From: Octopus vulgaris
Taxonomy: Eukaryota
Length of the DNA: 64,000 bases
Direction of reading: 5' to 3'
NCBI GenBank assembly: GCA_951406725.2
Contig: OX597835.1
Location: forward strand, 16,616,001-16,680,000
This document shows, in pieces, positions 1 to 12,648 of the stretch. The notes beneath the pieces were generated by a model. That model had not been told where the DNA came from and searched no databases. It saw only the letters and a program-made list of their open reading frames with translations. The number at the start of each line of letters is the position of its first letter. Position 1 is the stretch's first letter. The translations under genes were made by a program, and so were the position numbers.

Positions 1-77
1 TGGCTTCCTCATGAGATATCAGGTGGAGTGGGGTGGAGCATATGGCATCATGGTTAGGACATTGTGAAAAACAGTAA

Positions 78-280
78 AATCATCATCATCATCATCATCG
101 TTTAACGTCCGCTTTCCATGCTAGCATGGGTTGGACGAATTTGACTGAGGGCTGGCGAACCAGATGGCTGCACCAGGCTCCGATCTTGATTTAGCAGAGT
201 TTCTACTGCTGGATGCCCTTCCTAATGCCAACCACTCCGAGAGTGTAGTGGGTGCTTTTTACGTGTCACTGGCACGTAAA
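78..280 (-). mobile_element. RTE-type LINE 3' UTR fragment with (GAT)n tail
   Basis: Reverse complement matches the 3' end at 8790-8970 (…ccgtccaacccatgctagcatggaaagcggacgttaaacgatgatgat), which follows an RTE C-terminal ORF remnant. Confidence 0.75.
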
Positions 281-719
281 AATGGTGTAAAATGGTGTAA
301 AAAATGATGTAAAAAAATGTCCCAGTGTATAACTTGTACTTTTTTTTTATTGACTTCAGAAGGATGAGAGACAAAGTCCACTGGGTGAGATCTAAGATGT
401 AATATGATGTTCTTTGCTCTACTGATTCTGCCAAGAATCTGGGAAATGGATTTGCTAGAAATAACAGTTAAATTTCTTTTGGATCATTCTCACACAGTTG
501 AATAATTGTAGTCCCAGACATTGAAAAAGATGTGATGGTCTAAGCTGGAACGTCTCTGATCATTGGTCTGCTGTATCAGAGTTGACATGATATGAAACAA
601 CTATTACAAAAATGGTTAATACCAGTAATTTTAGTGGGGGTTGGTATCATCAATTGATATGTCTGTAGTGGTTCAGAAATGATTATGGTTTCTAAGTCAC
701 AAAATTACTAGTTGTGAGG

Positions 720-1850
720 GGAAGGGAAGCAGTCAATGCCTTCAACCCCAGTGTATGACTGGTACTATATTTTATCAACCCCTAGCAGGACAAAATGCAA
801 ATTTGATATTTGGTGAGATTTGAACACAGAATGTAAAAAGATGGAACAAATATTCTTTTCTACTCTAGGCACAAGGCCTGAAATTTTTTAGGGAGGAGGC
901 CAGTCAATTAGATCGACCCCAGTATGCAACAGGTACCTAATTTATTGACCCTGAAAGGATGAAAGGCAGAGTCGACATTGGTGGAATTTGAACTCAGAAC
1001 GTAAAGACAGACGAAATACCATTAAGCATTTCGCCCTGGCATGCTAGAGTTTCTGCCAGCTCACCACCTTATGAGGAGAAAAATATTCTTTTCTACTCTA
1101 GGCACAAGGTCCAAAATTTTGGGGGATGTGGTCCAGTTGATCAGATCGACCCCAGTAATGCAACTGGTAATTAATTTATCGACCCTGAAAGGATGAAAGG
1201 CAAAGTTGACCTCGGCAGAATTTGAACTTAGAACATAAAGACGAAATACTGCTAAGCATTTTGCCCGGCATGCTAACATTTCTGCCAGCTCACCACCTGA
1301 GATGGAACAAATATTGCTAAGCACTTACCTGACACTCTGGTTTACAATCAGGAGAACAGCATGTTGGATTAACCCTTTTGTTACCATATTCCTGCTGAAA
1401 AGTATTGCTTTTGTTTCAGTTAATTTTGAAATTAGTAAAATAATAACCCTTTTTACTATAGGCACAAGGCCTGAAATTTTTGGGGAAGGGGCCAGTCAGT
1501 TAAATCGACCCCAGCACACAGCTGATACCTAATTTATTGACCCCGAAAGGATGAAAGGCAAAGTCACCCTTAGCGGAATTTGATCTCAGAATGTAAAGAT
1601 AGACGAAATACTTATTTCTTTACTACCCACAAGAGGCTAAACACAGAGAGGACAAATAAAGACAGACAAACAGATTAAGTCGATTATATTGATCCCAGTG
1701 CGTAACTGGTACTTATTTAATCGACTCTGAAAGGATGAATGGCAAAGTCACCCTCAGCAGAATTTGATCTCAGAACGTAGAGGCATTTGAAATACTGCTA
1801 AGCATTTCACCTGGTGTGCTAACGATTCTGCCAGCTTGCTGCCTTGAGTA
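720..1850 (-). mobile_element. Cluster of tandem tRNA-derived SINE copies (family B)
   Basis: Repeated ~220-bp units whose reverse complement reads aaggcggtgagctggcagaaacgttagcac…gttctgagttcaaattccgccgaggtcgactttgcctttcatcctttcggggtcgataaa; contains a B-box-like GTTCAAATTCC. Confidence 0.85.
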
Positions 1851-1980
1851 AATTTAGTAAAATAAAAATGGTTTCAAATTTTGGCAAAATGCCAGCAGTT
1901 CTTGAAGAGAGGGAGAAGTCAGTTACTTCAAACCTAGTACTTGACTGATACTTTTTTTTATTGACCCTAAAAGGATGAAA

Positions 1981-2270
1981 GTGGAGGCACATGGCCTAGT
2001 GCTTAGAGCAGCGGATTTGCAGTCGAGGGATCGCGGGTTCGAATCTCAGACCAGGCAATGTGTGTATTTATGAGCGAAACACCTAAAGTTCCACATGGCT
2101 CCGGCAGAAGGTAATGGTGAACTTCTGATGACTCTTTCGCCACAACTTTCTCTCACTCTTTCCTCCTGCATCTTGCAGCTCACCTGCGATGGACTGGCAT
2201 CCCATCCAGGTGGGGAACCTATACACTAAACTGGGAAACCGGCCCTATGCTCCACAAGGGGCAAAAAGGA
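1981..2270 (+). mobile_element. tRNA-derived SINE (family C) nested in a family-B SINE
   Basis: Head ggaggcacatggcctagtgcttagagcagcgg…gggttcgaatctc with A and B boxes; the family-B sequence aaaggatgaaa resumes at ~2283. Confidence 0.8.
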
Positions 2271-2330
2271 TTAGAAAGAAGAAAAGGATGTAAAGCAAAA
2301 TTGACCTCTGTGGAAGTTGAACTCAAAGTG

Positions 2331-2660
2331 CAAAGATGGACTAAGCATTTTGTCTAATGGTAAAGATGGACTAAGTATTTTGTCTAATGGTAAAGATGGA
2401 CTAAGTATTTTGTCTAATGGTAAAGATGGACTAAGTATTTTGTCTAATGGTAAAGATGGACTAAGCATTTTGTCTAATGGTAAAGATGGACTAAGTATTT
2501 TGTCTAATGGTAAAGATGGACTAAGCATTTTGTCTAATGGTAAAGATGGACTAAGTATTTTGTCTAATGGTAAAGATGGACAAAGCATTTTGTCTGATGG
2601 TAAAGATGGACAAAGCATTTTGTCTGATGGTAAAGATGGACTAAGCATTTTGTCTAATGG
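2331..2660. repeat. 30-bp minisatellite, ~11 copies
   Basis: Unit taaagatggactaagyattttgtctaatgg repeated; explains ORFs 2271-2849 and 2317-2715. Confidence 0.95.
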
Positions 2661-2871
2661 CAGCCTAATGGTCCTGCCAGCAATGCTGCCTTTATTTAGT
2701 AACATAATATTATAGAAGGTTTCAATATAGATTACTTTAACATTTTTGTTACCATAGTTTTCTGAAATATCTTCTGCTTTTATTATGGTTAAATTTGAAA
2801 ATGCTCTTTTACTTGTTTCAGTCATTTGACTGTGGTCATGCTGGAGCACTGCCTTTAGTCAAGCAAATCGA

Positions 2872-3342
<471 letters not shown>

Positions 3343-3662
3343 ACAGTACCAGTGATTGTACCAGGAATGATAAAAAAAAGGTACTGAAACCTATTTGAAA
3401 ATGACACCAGGCTTACCATCCCTACAGGAGGTGCAAAAATTCGTTTTAACTGGAATGACTCATGTACTGAGAAGAACATTATCGCAGTGAAAACAACATC
3501 CATTCATTAATTTATTTGCTTATTAATTTTTTTTAAATACATATTTTACTTGTGAATTTGTGTGTGTTATCTGGGAATGCATACAATGAGCTTCTCTGCC
3601 CTAGGTGTACAGAAAACACTCGGCGAGAAATGGAAGAAAATTTGAAGAAAGGAGAAAAAAAC
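3343..3662 (+). mobile_element. Dong/R4-clade non-LTR retrotransposon 3' end (decayed)
   Basis: Frameshifted translation TVPVIVPGMIKKGTETYLKMTPGLPSLQEVQKFVLTGMTHVLRRTLS resembles the R4/Dong C-terminus (VPVIVGALG…QK.VL.GT.H.LR); embedded between (AAT)n runs. Confidence 0.75.
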
Positions 3663-3694
<32 letters not shown>

Positions 3695-3697
<3 letters not shown>

Positions 3698-3860
3698 TCT
3701 TTCCACTATAGGCACAAAGCCTGGAATTTGAGGTGAGGTAGTTGATCACATCAATCCCCAGTATTTGACTGGTACTTAACTTAACCCCGAAGGATGAAAG
3801 GCAAAAATCAACCTCAGCAGGATTTGAACCCAAAACGTAAGAAGGGGCAAAATAATGATA
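3695..3860 (-). mobile_element. SINE family B, diverged
   Basis: ccccgaaggatgaaaggcaaaaatcaacctcagcaggatttgaac core. Confidence 0.7.
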
Positions 3861-4204
3861 CTAATCATATCCAAGGTCAAAGCGTGAAAAAACAAGATCA
3901 CACCACACAGAGATATAGAACAAAAGCCAGGACACATTGCACAAGCAGAAGCAATTGCATTCACTGATAAACAATGTAATTGCACAGAAGATAATTACCC
4001 AGTGAAAGTTTATCAATTTAAGTGAGAGAAAACGTAAATTACTTAAGAGATAACGAACTGTAATGATGAAGGGATACAAGAGGCGAAGATGACGCGACCT
4101 CTGCTCTGTACTAAAGGTTGTTCACTGATAAAAGAAACTCCTTAATGATCATCTGACTGACGACATACTGGAGGGTATGACATCATACACACACATACGT
4201 GTGT

Positions 4205-4318
<114 letters not shown>

Positions 4319-4399
4319 TATATAAGCATATGATGAGTACACACATGAATATTTAACACACATGACTATGTGGGTTGAATTTTCAACCCTATCTCATTT

Positions 4400-4725
<326 letters not shown>

Positions 4726-4744
4726 ATTTCAACTATATATATAT

Positions 4745-6540
4745 TCTCTTATTCTCTTATATGATTCAGTCCAACGACCGTGGCCATGCTGGAGCACTGC
4801 CATTGTAATCATCTTTCCACTTTTCACCTTCGCCAGAGCGGCTTCTGGTGAAGGATGGAGTTCGATGCTACTGCCCTCTTTCGAGTTTCTTACCTAGATA
4901 TCGGCTCATCTGAAATCTCAGCAAGCCAGAGTTCAAGTTCACATTTGAAAACGTCTACATCAACTCCATGGAGGCTCCTCAGATGCTTCGGCAGAGAGGT
5001 TAAATAGTTGTGAGCCCTTGAAACCCAAGCTATTGCAGTACATCGTCCTTGCCCGAGATGAAGCAGTTGGCACAATGGGGACAGCACAGTGACATCCTGT
5101 TCGTGATCTGGTATAGCTCTTTATTCCAAAGTTTGGTACCAGTCCTTCCAGTATCTTCCATATATATATATCACTGCATACCTCTCCTGCCTTCGTTCCA
5201 AGGAATAGAGTCGCAGCTCTTTCAACCTGTCCCAGTATCTCATTCATTCCATTGATGCAACTTTCTTTTGTGTAATGTCATTGGACTGCTTCAAGCTCTG
5301 CTATCGTCCTTGTAGTATAAGGTGACCATAGCTGAGAGCAGTAGTCCAGGCGGCTGAGGATAAATGATTTCCATAGTGTCATCATAGTTTCTTGGTCCCT
5401 TGTGAGGAAGGTTCTCAGAATCCAACCGGCCAATCTTCTGGATACTGCCACCAATTTGTTGATATGTGTGTGAAATGAGGCATTGTTGCTCATTTCTATT
5501 CCAAGATCACGCACCATATTTGATTCTGGAATTGTTGCTCCACTTGGTCCAATGTACTGATGTCGTGATTCCTGAGTAGTGCTTAAATGGTAGCGGAGGG
5601 CCTGGAATTTACTTGCATTAAACTGCATGTTGTTGTCCTCAGCCCATCCATAGATGGCATCTAGATCTTTCTGCAAGAGCGTAGCATCAGACTGACTGTG
5701 CGACTTTTGTGTTGTTGGCATAGCTGGTAAGCATGACTGCCTTTGTCACTGATGGCATATCTGATAGTGCTACCATGAAAAGCAGTGGCCCCAGCACAGT
5801 GCCCTGGGGCACTCCTCTCACTATTGGTGTCTCTGTGGAGAGAGCTCCGTTGGCTGCTACAGCTTAGCTCCTGTCCTTCAGAAAATCATGCAGTCACTCT
5901 CTGACTTTACCAGTGATGCTGCGTCCCCGTATTTTGTGGCATATCATTCCATGGTCGACCTTGTCAAATGCCTTTGCAAAGTCGAGGTATACCACATTCA
6001 CCTTTGAGCAGTTCATTAATTGCTTCAGTACCCAGTCATAGTGTCACAGAAGCTGTGTAAGACAGCTCCTTCCCGGGCGAAAACCATGTTGGGTGTCAGA
6101 GAGCAGGTCATTGTCCTCAAGGAACTCAATCAGTCTCTTCCTGACAATGCGCTCCATGAATTTACTGATGTGGGAGGTCAGGGAGACAGGTCTATAATTC
6201 CTAGCATCTGCCCTACTTCCTCCCTTATGGATAGGGCATATTATTCCCTCTTTTAGTTTTTTGGTGAGTTTCCCCATCCTGAGGGACTCCCGAAAAAGGA
6301 TTTGAAGCGGTCTAGCTAGAGTTCTTTTACATTTCTTTTGGAGGATTGCAGGGAATCCATCAGGGCCCGTTGCCAACTTTGAGCTCAGCTCTTCAATGGC
6401 TGATATCACATCAGTTTCCTCTATGTTGATGTTATCAATAGCTGCCATTTCACAATGTGTGTCTTTAGGGTCAAAGAACCTATCTGGCACATTCACTCGT
6501 AGCTTCCCCAGCGATATGCTGAAAGCCCTCTTGTATTGTG
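4745..6540 (-). mobile_element. CR1-clade LINE, 5'-truncated, frameshifted RT plus 3' UTR
   Basis: Motifs GPDGFP, NYRPVSLTSHISKFMERIV, QHGFRPGRSCLTQLL, YLDFAKAFDKVDHG, GVPQGTVLGPLLF, LQKDLDAIYGWA, RDLGI, ILSRLDYCSQLWSP across ORFs 6044-6589, 5278-5721, 4960-5247. Confidence 0.93.
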
Positions 6541-6644
6541 CATTCATATATATATGAATACACAATAAATCAAAATCAAACCAAATCAAATCAGATATCA
6601 GAAAGCAGAACCAAAATCGAAGTCGATCAACATCAATGGATATA

Positions 6645-7123
6645 TCATCATCATCATCATCATCATTTAGCGTCCGCCTTCCATGCTAGCATGGGTTGGA
6701 TGGTTCAACTGGGGTCTGTGAAGCCAGAAGGCTGCATCAGACCCAGTCTGATCTGGCAGTGCTTCTACGGCTGGATGCTCTTCCTAACGCCAACAACTCC
6801 GTGAGTGTAGTGGGTGCTTTTTACGTGCCACCTGCACAGGTGCCAGACGGAGCTGGCAAACGGCCATGGACGGATGGTGCTTTTTACGTGCCACCGGCAC
6901 GGGGGCCGGGCGAGGCTGGCAACGGCCACGAACGGATGGTGCTTTTTACGTGCCACCAGCACGGAGGCCAATCGGGGCAGCGCTGGCAACGGCCACGATC
7001 GGATGGTTCGCTTACTTGTCACCGGCACTGGTATCACAGCTGCAATTTCCATTGATGTTGATCGACTTCGATTTTGGTTCTGCTTTCCGATATCTGATTT
7101 GATTTGGTTTGATTTTGATTTAT
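6645..7123 (-). mobile_element. RTE LINE 3' UTR with internal ~62-bp tandem repeats
   Basis: (CAT)n tail at 6645, homology to 8600-8970; repeated ggtgctttttacgtgccacc units at 6812-7010. Confidence 0.8.
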
Positions 7124-7536
7124 ATATATTCATATATATATATATTCATATATGTGCCCAAGGTGCCATGTAGTGGGACTGAACCCAAAACCACTCAGTT
7201 GGGAACCAAATCCAAATGTGTATACGACTGCTGACAATAAATGTGCCTGGTCATGGTATTGCCATGTGACAAAATGGGTCAACTGGTCAGGGACTGTGCT
7301 GGAAAATATTTTGACAATTGCTCATGATGACAGCTGTTGATGGATGGCATGAGAATGTGCTGTGTTATAGTTAAGCTTCTGTCTTAACCTAGAGGCCATG
7401 GTAGTAGAGTGGGAGGGAGGGGTGTCTTTCCTGTGGGTGTGTTTTTGCTGAATAACCTCTCATTGTCGCTTTTTGAATGAAGGGAATAAATTATGGTATG
7501 GGAGTGAGAAAATATAAATATATCCTCATATCATAT

Positions 7537-7578
<42 letters not shown>

Positions 7579-7581
<3 letters not shown>

Positions 7582-7667
7582 GTTATAATAAAAACCACAA
7601 ACCTTCTTAAATACTACTACTCTGAGTAGCTTCATTTAACAAGATTTGTGGCTTTTATTATAACATT
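7579..7667. repeat. Imperfect palindrome beside (TA)n
   Basis: aatgttataataaaaaccacaaa… / …tttgtggcttttattataacatt. Confidence 0.85.
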
Positions 7668-7728
7668 ACTATTTTTATTCTCTTAGCTGCTTGAGTGCTT
7701 TTCTACTTGTTGAAACCTTACCACATAA

Positions 7729-7762
<34 letters not shown>

Positions 7763-7847
7763 AGTAGGTGAATGAATTATCCTATGTTTATCGTCAGCAT
7801 GGAAAATTCGTTTAACCGAAACCTGGGTAGCAAATTCATGTCAGAAA

Positions 7848-7895
7848 ACACAGTTGAAGCGACCTGTCAAGGGTAGAAACTCCGGGTTCATGTGT
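7848..7895 (+). ncRNA. Degenerate minimal hammerhead-like motif
   Basis: acacag-TTGAAGC-gacc…ggta-GAAAC-tccgg-GTT-catgtgt; stems I and II partly intact. Confidence 0.4.
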
Positions 7896-7966
7896 AGAAA
7901 TTTGTGTGTTGTATATGAATAAATGAAAGAATGGAGTCGAACGAAGATGTTAACAAAATTCCTTTA

Positions 7967-8045
7967 CTCTCGACATATGTTTTGAAGACAACATTTTTTC
8001 ATTCCAAAGGAATAAAGGGTGCATTATGCAATCTCATCAGGAAAG
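7967..8045 (-). ncRNA. Hammerhead-like motif with long stem II (G12 mutated)
   Basis: Minus strand: ctttc-CTGATGA-ga…attcc ttt ggaat…tc-[A]AAAC-atat-GTC-gagag. Confidence 0.5.
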
Positions 8046-8117
8046 AAAGGGACAACAAGACAAACAAAAACTTCGATGACTACCTACATGGTAAACAAAG
8101 CGATAATGAGTCATTTA

Positions 8118-8156
<39 letters not shown>

Positions 8157-8161
8157 CAAAA

Positions 8162-8199
8162 CTGTCCGACAAATGGGAACGCGAAACTCCGAGTAACAG
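8162..8199 (+). ncRNA. Degenerate minimal hammerhead-like motif
   Basis: ctgt-CCGACAA-atgggaacgc-GAAAC-tccga-GTA-acag; perfect 4-bp stem I, stem III ACTC/GAGT. Confidence 0.45.
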
Positions 8200-8320
8200 G
8201 TTTTGTTGAATTTCTGCTGCTTTTAAATAAAGCATATTACTCTACCCCTGGTATTTGAGTACTCTTTTTTCCACCTTGTTTCACATTTATGTGTTTACTC
8301 CAGTATATATATATATATAC

Positions 8321-8975
8321 ACACGGATGGATGAAGAGAGATGTGTGAAGAAGTGCCACTCCCAAACTGTTGAAGGAATCCGAAGTAGAGGTAGACCCAG
8401 GAAGACATGGGACGAGGTGGTCAAGTATACGTTGAGCTGCACAGAGGCTATGATGAAAGACTGAGACCTCTGAAGATATGCAGTGACTTCAAAGACCCGA
8501 CAAATGAAGTGAGTTCATGGCTCACAGGACGGCCTGCTGTGCTAACCTTGGATCGTAGAGTGACCCGCTGTTCTTGAGGAGACCTATTGAGTCAAGTATG
8601 TTAACACCAACATCAAAATGAAAATCAACTTGAAATTGTAGTTAAGATACCCATGCTGGTGACACATTAAAAGCACCGTCTGAATGTGACAGATGCCAGC
8701 GCTGCCTGACTGGCGTCTGAGTCGGTGACACGAAAAAGCACCAACCGATCATGGCCGTTTGCCAGCCTCCTCTGGGCCCTGTGCCGATGGCACATAAAAA
8801 GCACCCACTAAACTCATGGAGCGGTTGGCATTAGGAAGGGCATCCAGCTGTAGAAACACTGCCAGATCAGACTGGTGCCTGGTGTAGCCTACTGGCTTCC
8901 CAGACCCTGGTCAAACCGTCCAACCCATACTAGCATGGAAAACGGACGTTAAATGATGATGATGATGATGAGGAG
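8321..8975 (+). mobile_element. RTE LINE 3' end (C-terminal ORF remnant, 3' UTR, (GAT)n tail)
   Basis: RMDEERCVKKCHSQTVEGIRSRGRPRKTWDEVVK is a typical RTE C-terminus (R.RGRP.KTW). Confidence 0.85.
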
Positions 8976-8995
8976 GAGGAGGAGGAGGAGGATGA

Positions 8996-9278
8996 TGATC
9001 ACTGTGACCGACCAGGCTATCAGATGTTGCTACACATAACTGGTCACAATGCGCTCCGCATTGTTTTAGCCTTCAAATGATGCCACCCCGCTGGCTAAGC
9101 GAGCAGGCCAACAGAAGAAAGAGTGAGAGAAAGTTGTGGTGAAAGAGTACAGCAGGGATCGCCACCACCCCCTGCCGGAGCCTCGTGGAGCTTTAGGTGT
9201 TTTTGCTCAATAAACACACACACCGCCTGGTCTGGGAATCGAAACCGCAATCCTACGACCGCGAGTCCACTGCCTCCA
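8996..9278 (-). mobile_element. tRNA-derived SINE (family C variant)
   Basis: Reverse complement of 9300-9590. Confidence 0.85.
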
Positions 9279-9299
9279 TTATATATATATATATATATA

Positions 9300-9582
9300 T
9301 GGAGGTGCAATGGCCCAGTGGTTAGGGCAGCGGACTCGCGGTTTTGATTCCCAGACCGGGCGTTGTGAGTGTTTATTGAGCAAAAACACCTAAAAGCTCC
9401 ACGAGGCTCCAGCAGGGGCTGGTGATCCTTGCTGTACTCTTTCACCACTCTTTCTCCCACTCTTTCTTCTGTTGGTTGCTCGCTTAGCCAGCAGGGTGGC
9501 GTCATTCGAAGGCTAAAACAATGCGAACGCATTGTGACCAGCGATGTGTAACAATGTCTGATGGTCTGGTCAGTCACGTGAT

Positions 9583-9590
<8 letters not shown>
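9300..9590 (+). mobile_element. tRNA-derived SINE (family C variant)
   Basis: Head ggaggtgcaatggcccagtggttagggcagcggactcgc; tail cacgtgatcacgtgat. Confidence 0.85.
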
Positions 9591-9652
<62 letters not shown>

Positions 9653-9731
9653 TGTAACACCTCACTTTATGAAGATCTGCTTTCTGCTTTATGAAACCCT
9701 GGGTATATATATATATATATATATATATATT

Positions 9732-10563
9732 CAGGGTGCAGTGAATAAACATTGACACCACATTTTAACAGATATATTTACCAAAATTATATTAAAATAT
9801 CTCGAAATACTAAAGAGTAAATTTATTCAATAAAATCGCCATTGGCTTCAACCATGGCCTTCAGACGACTTCAGAATCTCCTGCAGCTTTTCTGGACGGT
9901 CTCCTTGTTTAAGTTGGTGAATACTGCCATAATACTTGCCTTCAATTCATCTTTGGTGTATCAAGGATTTTTGCTGGTTTCTCACTCAACTGTGTCCCAC
10001 ACATGATAATCAAGTGGGGTTGCTGTCTTGGGTGTTATGTGGCTGGATGTTAGGGGTGATGTGGTCACAGAAATTGTCTGACAGCCATGACTGGCTTCTC
10101 CTGCATGTGTGGCATGGTGCAAAGCCCTGTTGCCAGACATAGGGTCTTCCAGCAGATACCCTTTTGACCCAGGGTAGCACTACCTCCTCCAGACACTTGA
10201 TGTAGGTCTCCATGTTGAGTGTGAGGCCATGTGGGAAGATGAATGGAAGCACAACGTCTCGATCACTAGTGATCACTCCAAACACCATGCTGTTGACTGG
10301 ATGTTTAGATATTGATCACTCTTGGTACATGTCCTCAGATTGCACTGTCCCCAGATTGACACCAAAACACTCTGAAGTGAGCATATCGAAGATTCCAGTG
10401 TGACTGCCAAGCAGTACAGCATGGCATTTTCAAACTTCTGGCAGAGTGAATGGTATCATGGTGCTGTTTTTCTTACAGATGGTGCCCAACTGACCCTACT
10501 ATACTGTGTAGCAGACAAAATAAAAAACAAACAACATGGCAACATTTTACCCATTGCATCCTG
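9732..10563 (-). mobile_element. Tc1/mariner maT (DD37D) transposon, internally deleted
   Basis: MVFGVITSD…PYVWQQ[G]FAPCHT…QDSNP.DY with 37 residues between the 2nd and 3rd catalytic positions; degenerate TIRs cagggtgcagtgaataaa / tttacccattgcatcctg. Confidence 0.85.
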
Positions 10564-10604
10564 TATATATGTATACAGAACCTATAAGCATTCTCTTACG
10601 GAAG

Positions 10605-11205
10605 AGGGCGGCAAGCTGGCAGAAACGTTAGCACGCCGGGCGAGATGCTTAGCAGTATTTCATCTACCATTACGTTCTGAGTTCAAATTCCGCCGAGGTC
10701 GACTTTGCCTTTCATCCTTTCGGGGGGTCGATTAAATAAGTACCAGTTACGCACTGGGGTCGATGTAATCGACTTAATACCTATGTCTGTCCTTGTTTGT
10801 CCTCTCTGTGTTTAGCCCCTTGTGGGTAGTAAAGAAATAGGTATTTCGTCTGCCGCTACGTTCTGAGTTCAAATTCCGCCGAGGTCGACTTTGCCTTTCA
10901 TCCTTTCGGGGGTCGATTGAATAAGTACCAGTTATGCACTGGGGTCGATGTAATTGACTTAGTACCTATGTCTGTCCTTGTTTGTCCTCTCTGTGTTTAG
11001 CCCCTTGTGGGTAGTAAAGAAATAGGTATTTCGTCTGCCGCTACGTTCTGAGTTCAAATTCCGCCGAGGTCGACTTTGCCTTTCATCCTTTCGGGGGTCG
11101 ATTGAATAAGTACCAGTTACACACTGGGGTCGATGTAATCGACTTAATACCTAAGTCTGACCTTGTTTGTCCTCTCTGTGTGTAGCCCATTGTGAGTAGT
11201 AAAGA
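10605..11205 (+). mobile_element. SINE family B with ~180-bp internal segment in three tandem copies
   Basis: tacgttctgagttcaaattccgccgaggtcgac… repeated at ~10671, 10857, 11042. Confidence 0.9.
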
Positions 11206-11480
11206 AATGTATAAGCATTCTCTTACAATAAGCCTGTGACTACTACAACTACTACTACCACACTTTACCACACCTTAACACACCTCTTCTTTCTTTACCC
11301 TGATTTCTAAACAATTCTGAAACATAATTTAGAAAGCCTGATTGTCCTCACCTGCCGTTGGTAAGCGTTTTCTATTTTTACCTTTATATTTTCACAGCAC
11401 CTTTTTGTCTAGTCATCATCTACTATTATTAACCACATTTTCAATGCTCTTTTCACCAATTCAAAGCACATGAATGTTAA

Positions 11481-11481
11481 A

Positions 11482-11563
<82 letters not shown>

Positions 11564-11626
11564 GTACTAGTACTACCACCACCACCACCACCACCACCAC
11601 CACCACCACCACCACCACCACCACCA

Positions 11627-11696
<70 letters not shown>

Positions 11697-11697
11697 C
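11481..11697. repeat. (ACT)n/(ACC)n microsatellite
   Basis: Direct reading. Confidence 0.97.
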
Positions 11698-11739
11698 CAG
11701 TATTTCTCTCCCTCGCTCCTTCTATATATACTTTCATTC

Positions 11740-11974
11740 CTTTACTTGTTTCAGTCTTTTTGACTGTGGTCATGCTGGAGCACTGCCTTGAAGGGTTTTT
11801 TTTTTTCAGTCAAAGAAATCAACCTCAGGACTTTTTTTAAAAAAAGCTTAGTACTTATTCTATCAGTCTCTTTTGCTAAACTGCTATATTACGGGGATGT
11901 AAACACACCATCATTGGTTGTCAAGCAATGGAGTGGGGACAAACACAGACACACAAACATATACACACACACAC

Positions 11975-12024
<50 letters not shown>

Positions 12025-12264
12025 TCTTTTACTCTTTTACTCTTTTACTCTTTTACTCTTTTACTTGTTTCAGTCATTTGACTGCGGCCATGCTGGAGCA
12101 CCGCCTTTAATCGAGCAACTCGACCCCGGGACTTATTCTTTTGTAAGCCCAGTACTTATTCTATCGGTCTCTTTTGCTGAACCGCTAAGTAACGGGGACA
12201 TAAACGCACCAGCATCGATTGTCAAGCAATGCTAGGGGGACAAACACAGACACACAGACACACA

Positions 12265-12350
<86 letters not shown>

Positions 12351-12522
12351 CATATATACGACGGGCTTCTTTCAGTTTCCGTCTACCAAATCCACTCACA
12401 AATCTTTGGTCGGTCCAAGGCTATAGTAGAAGACACTTGCCCAAGGTGCCACGCAGTGGGACTGAACCCAGAACCATGTGGCTGGTAAACAAGCTACTTA
12501 CCACACAGCCACTCCTGCGCCC
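11740..12522 (-). mobile_element. SINE family A: one 3' half plus one full copy
   Basis: Reverse complement: ggcgcaggagtggctgtgtggtaagtagcttg…gggttcagtccc head, internal (TA)/(TG), tail gctccagcatggccgcagtcaaatgactgaaacaagtaaaagag. Confidence 0.9.
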
Positions 12523-12648
12523 GTATGTATACAATTAATAATAAAAGGGTAAAATTTATCAATTAAATTAATTAAATAATCAATCAATTAATTAATAATT
12601 TCACCAAGTATATCGGTACATTAAAATAACCTTTGTAGGTAAAATTAT

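Noticed and set aside
1981-2056. tRNA genes at SINE heads (also 9300, 10605, 12786, 56300)
   Set aside because: A/B-box-like motifs run directly into SINE bodies, no complete cloverleaf is evident, and copies are many and diverged
2271-2849. Repeat proteins encoded by ORFs 2271-2849 and 2317-2715
   Set aside because: Both arise from a 30-bp minisatellite inside a SINE
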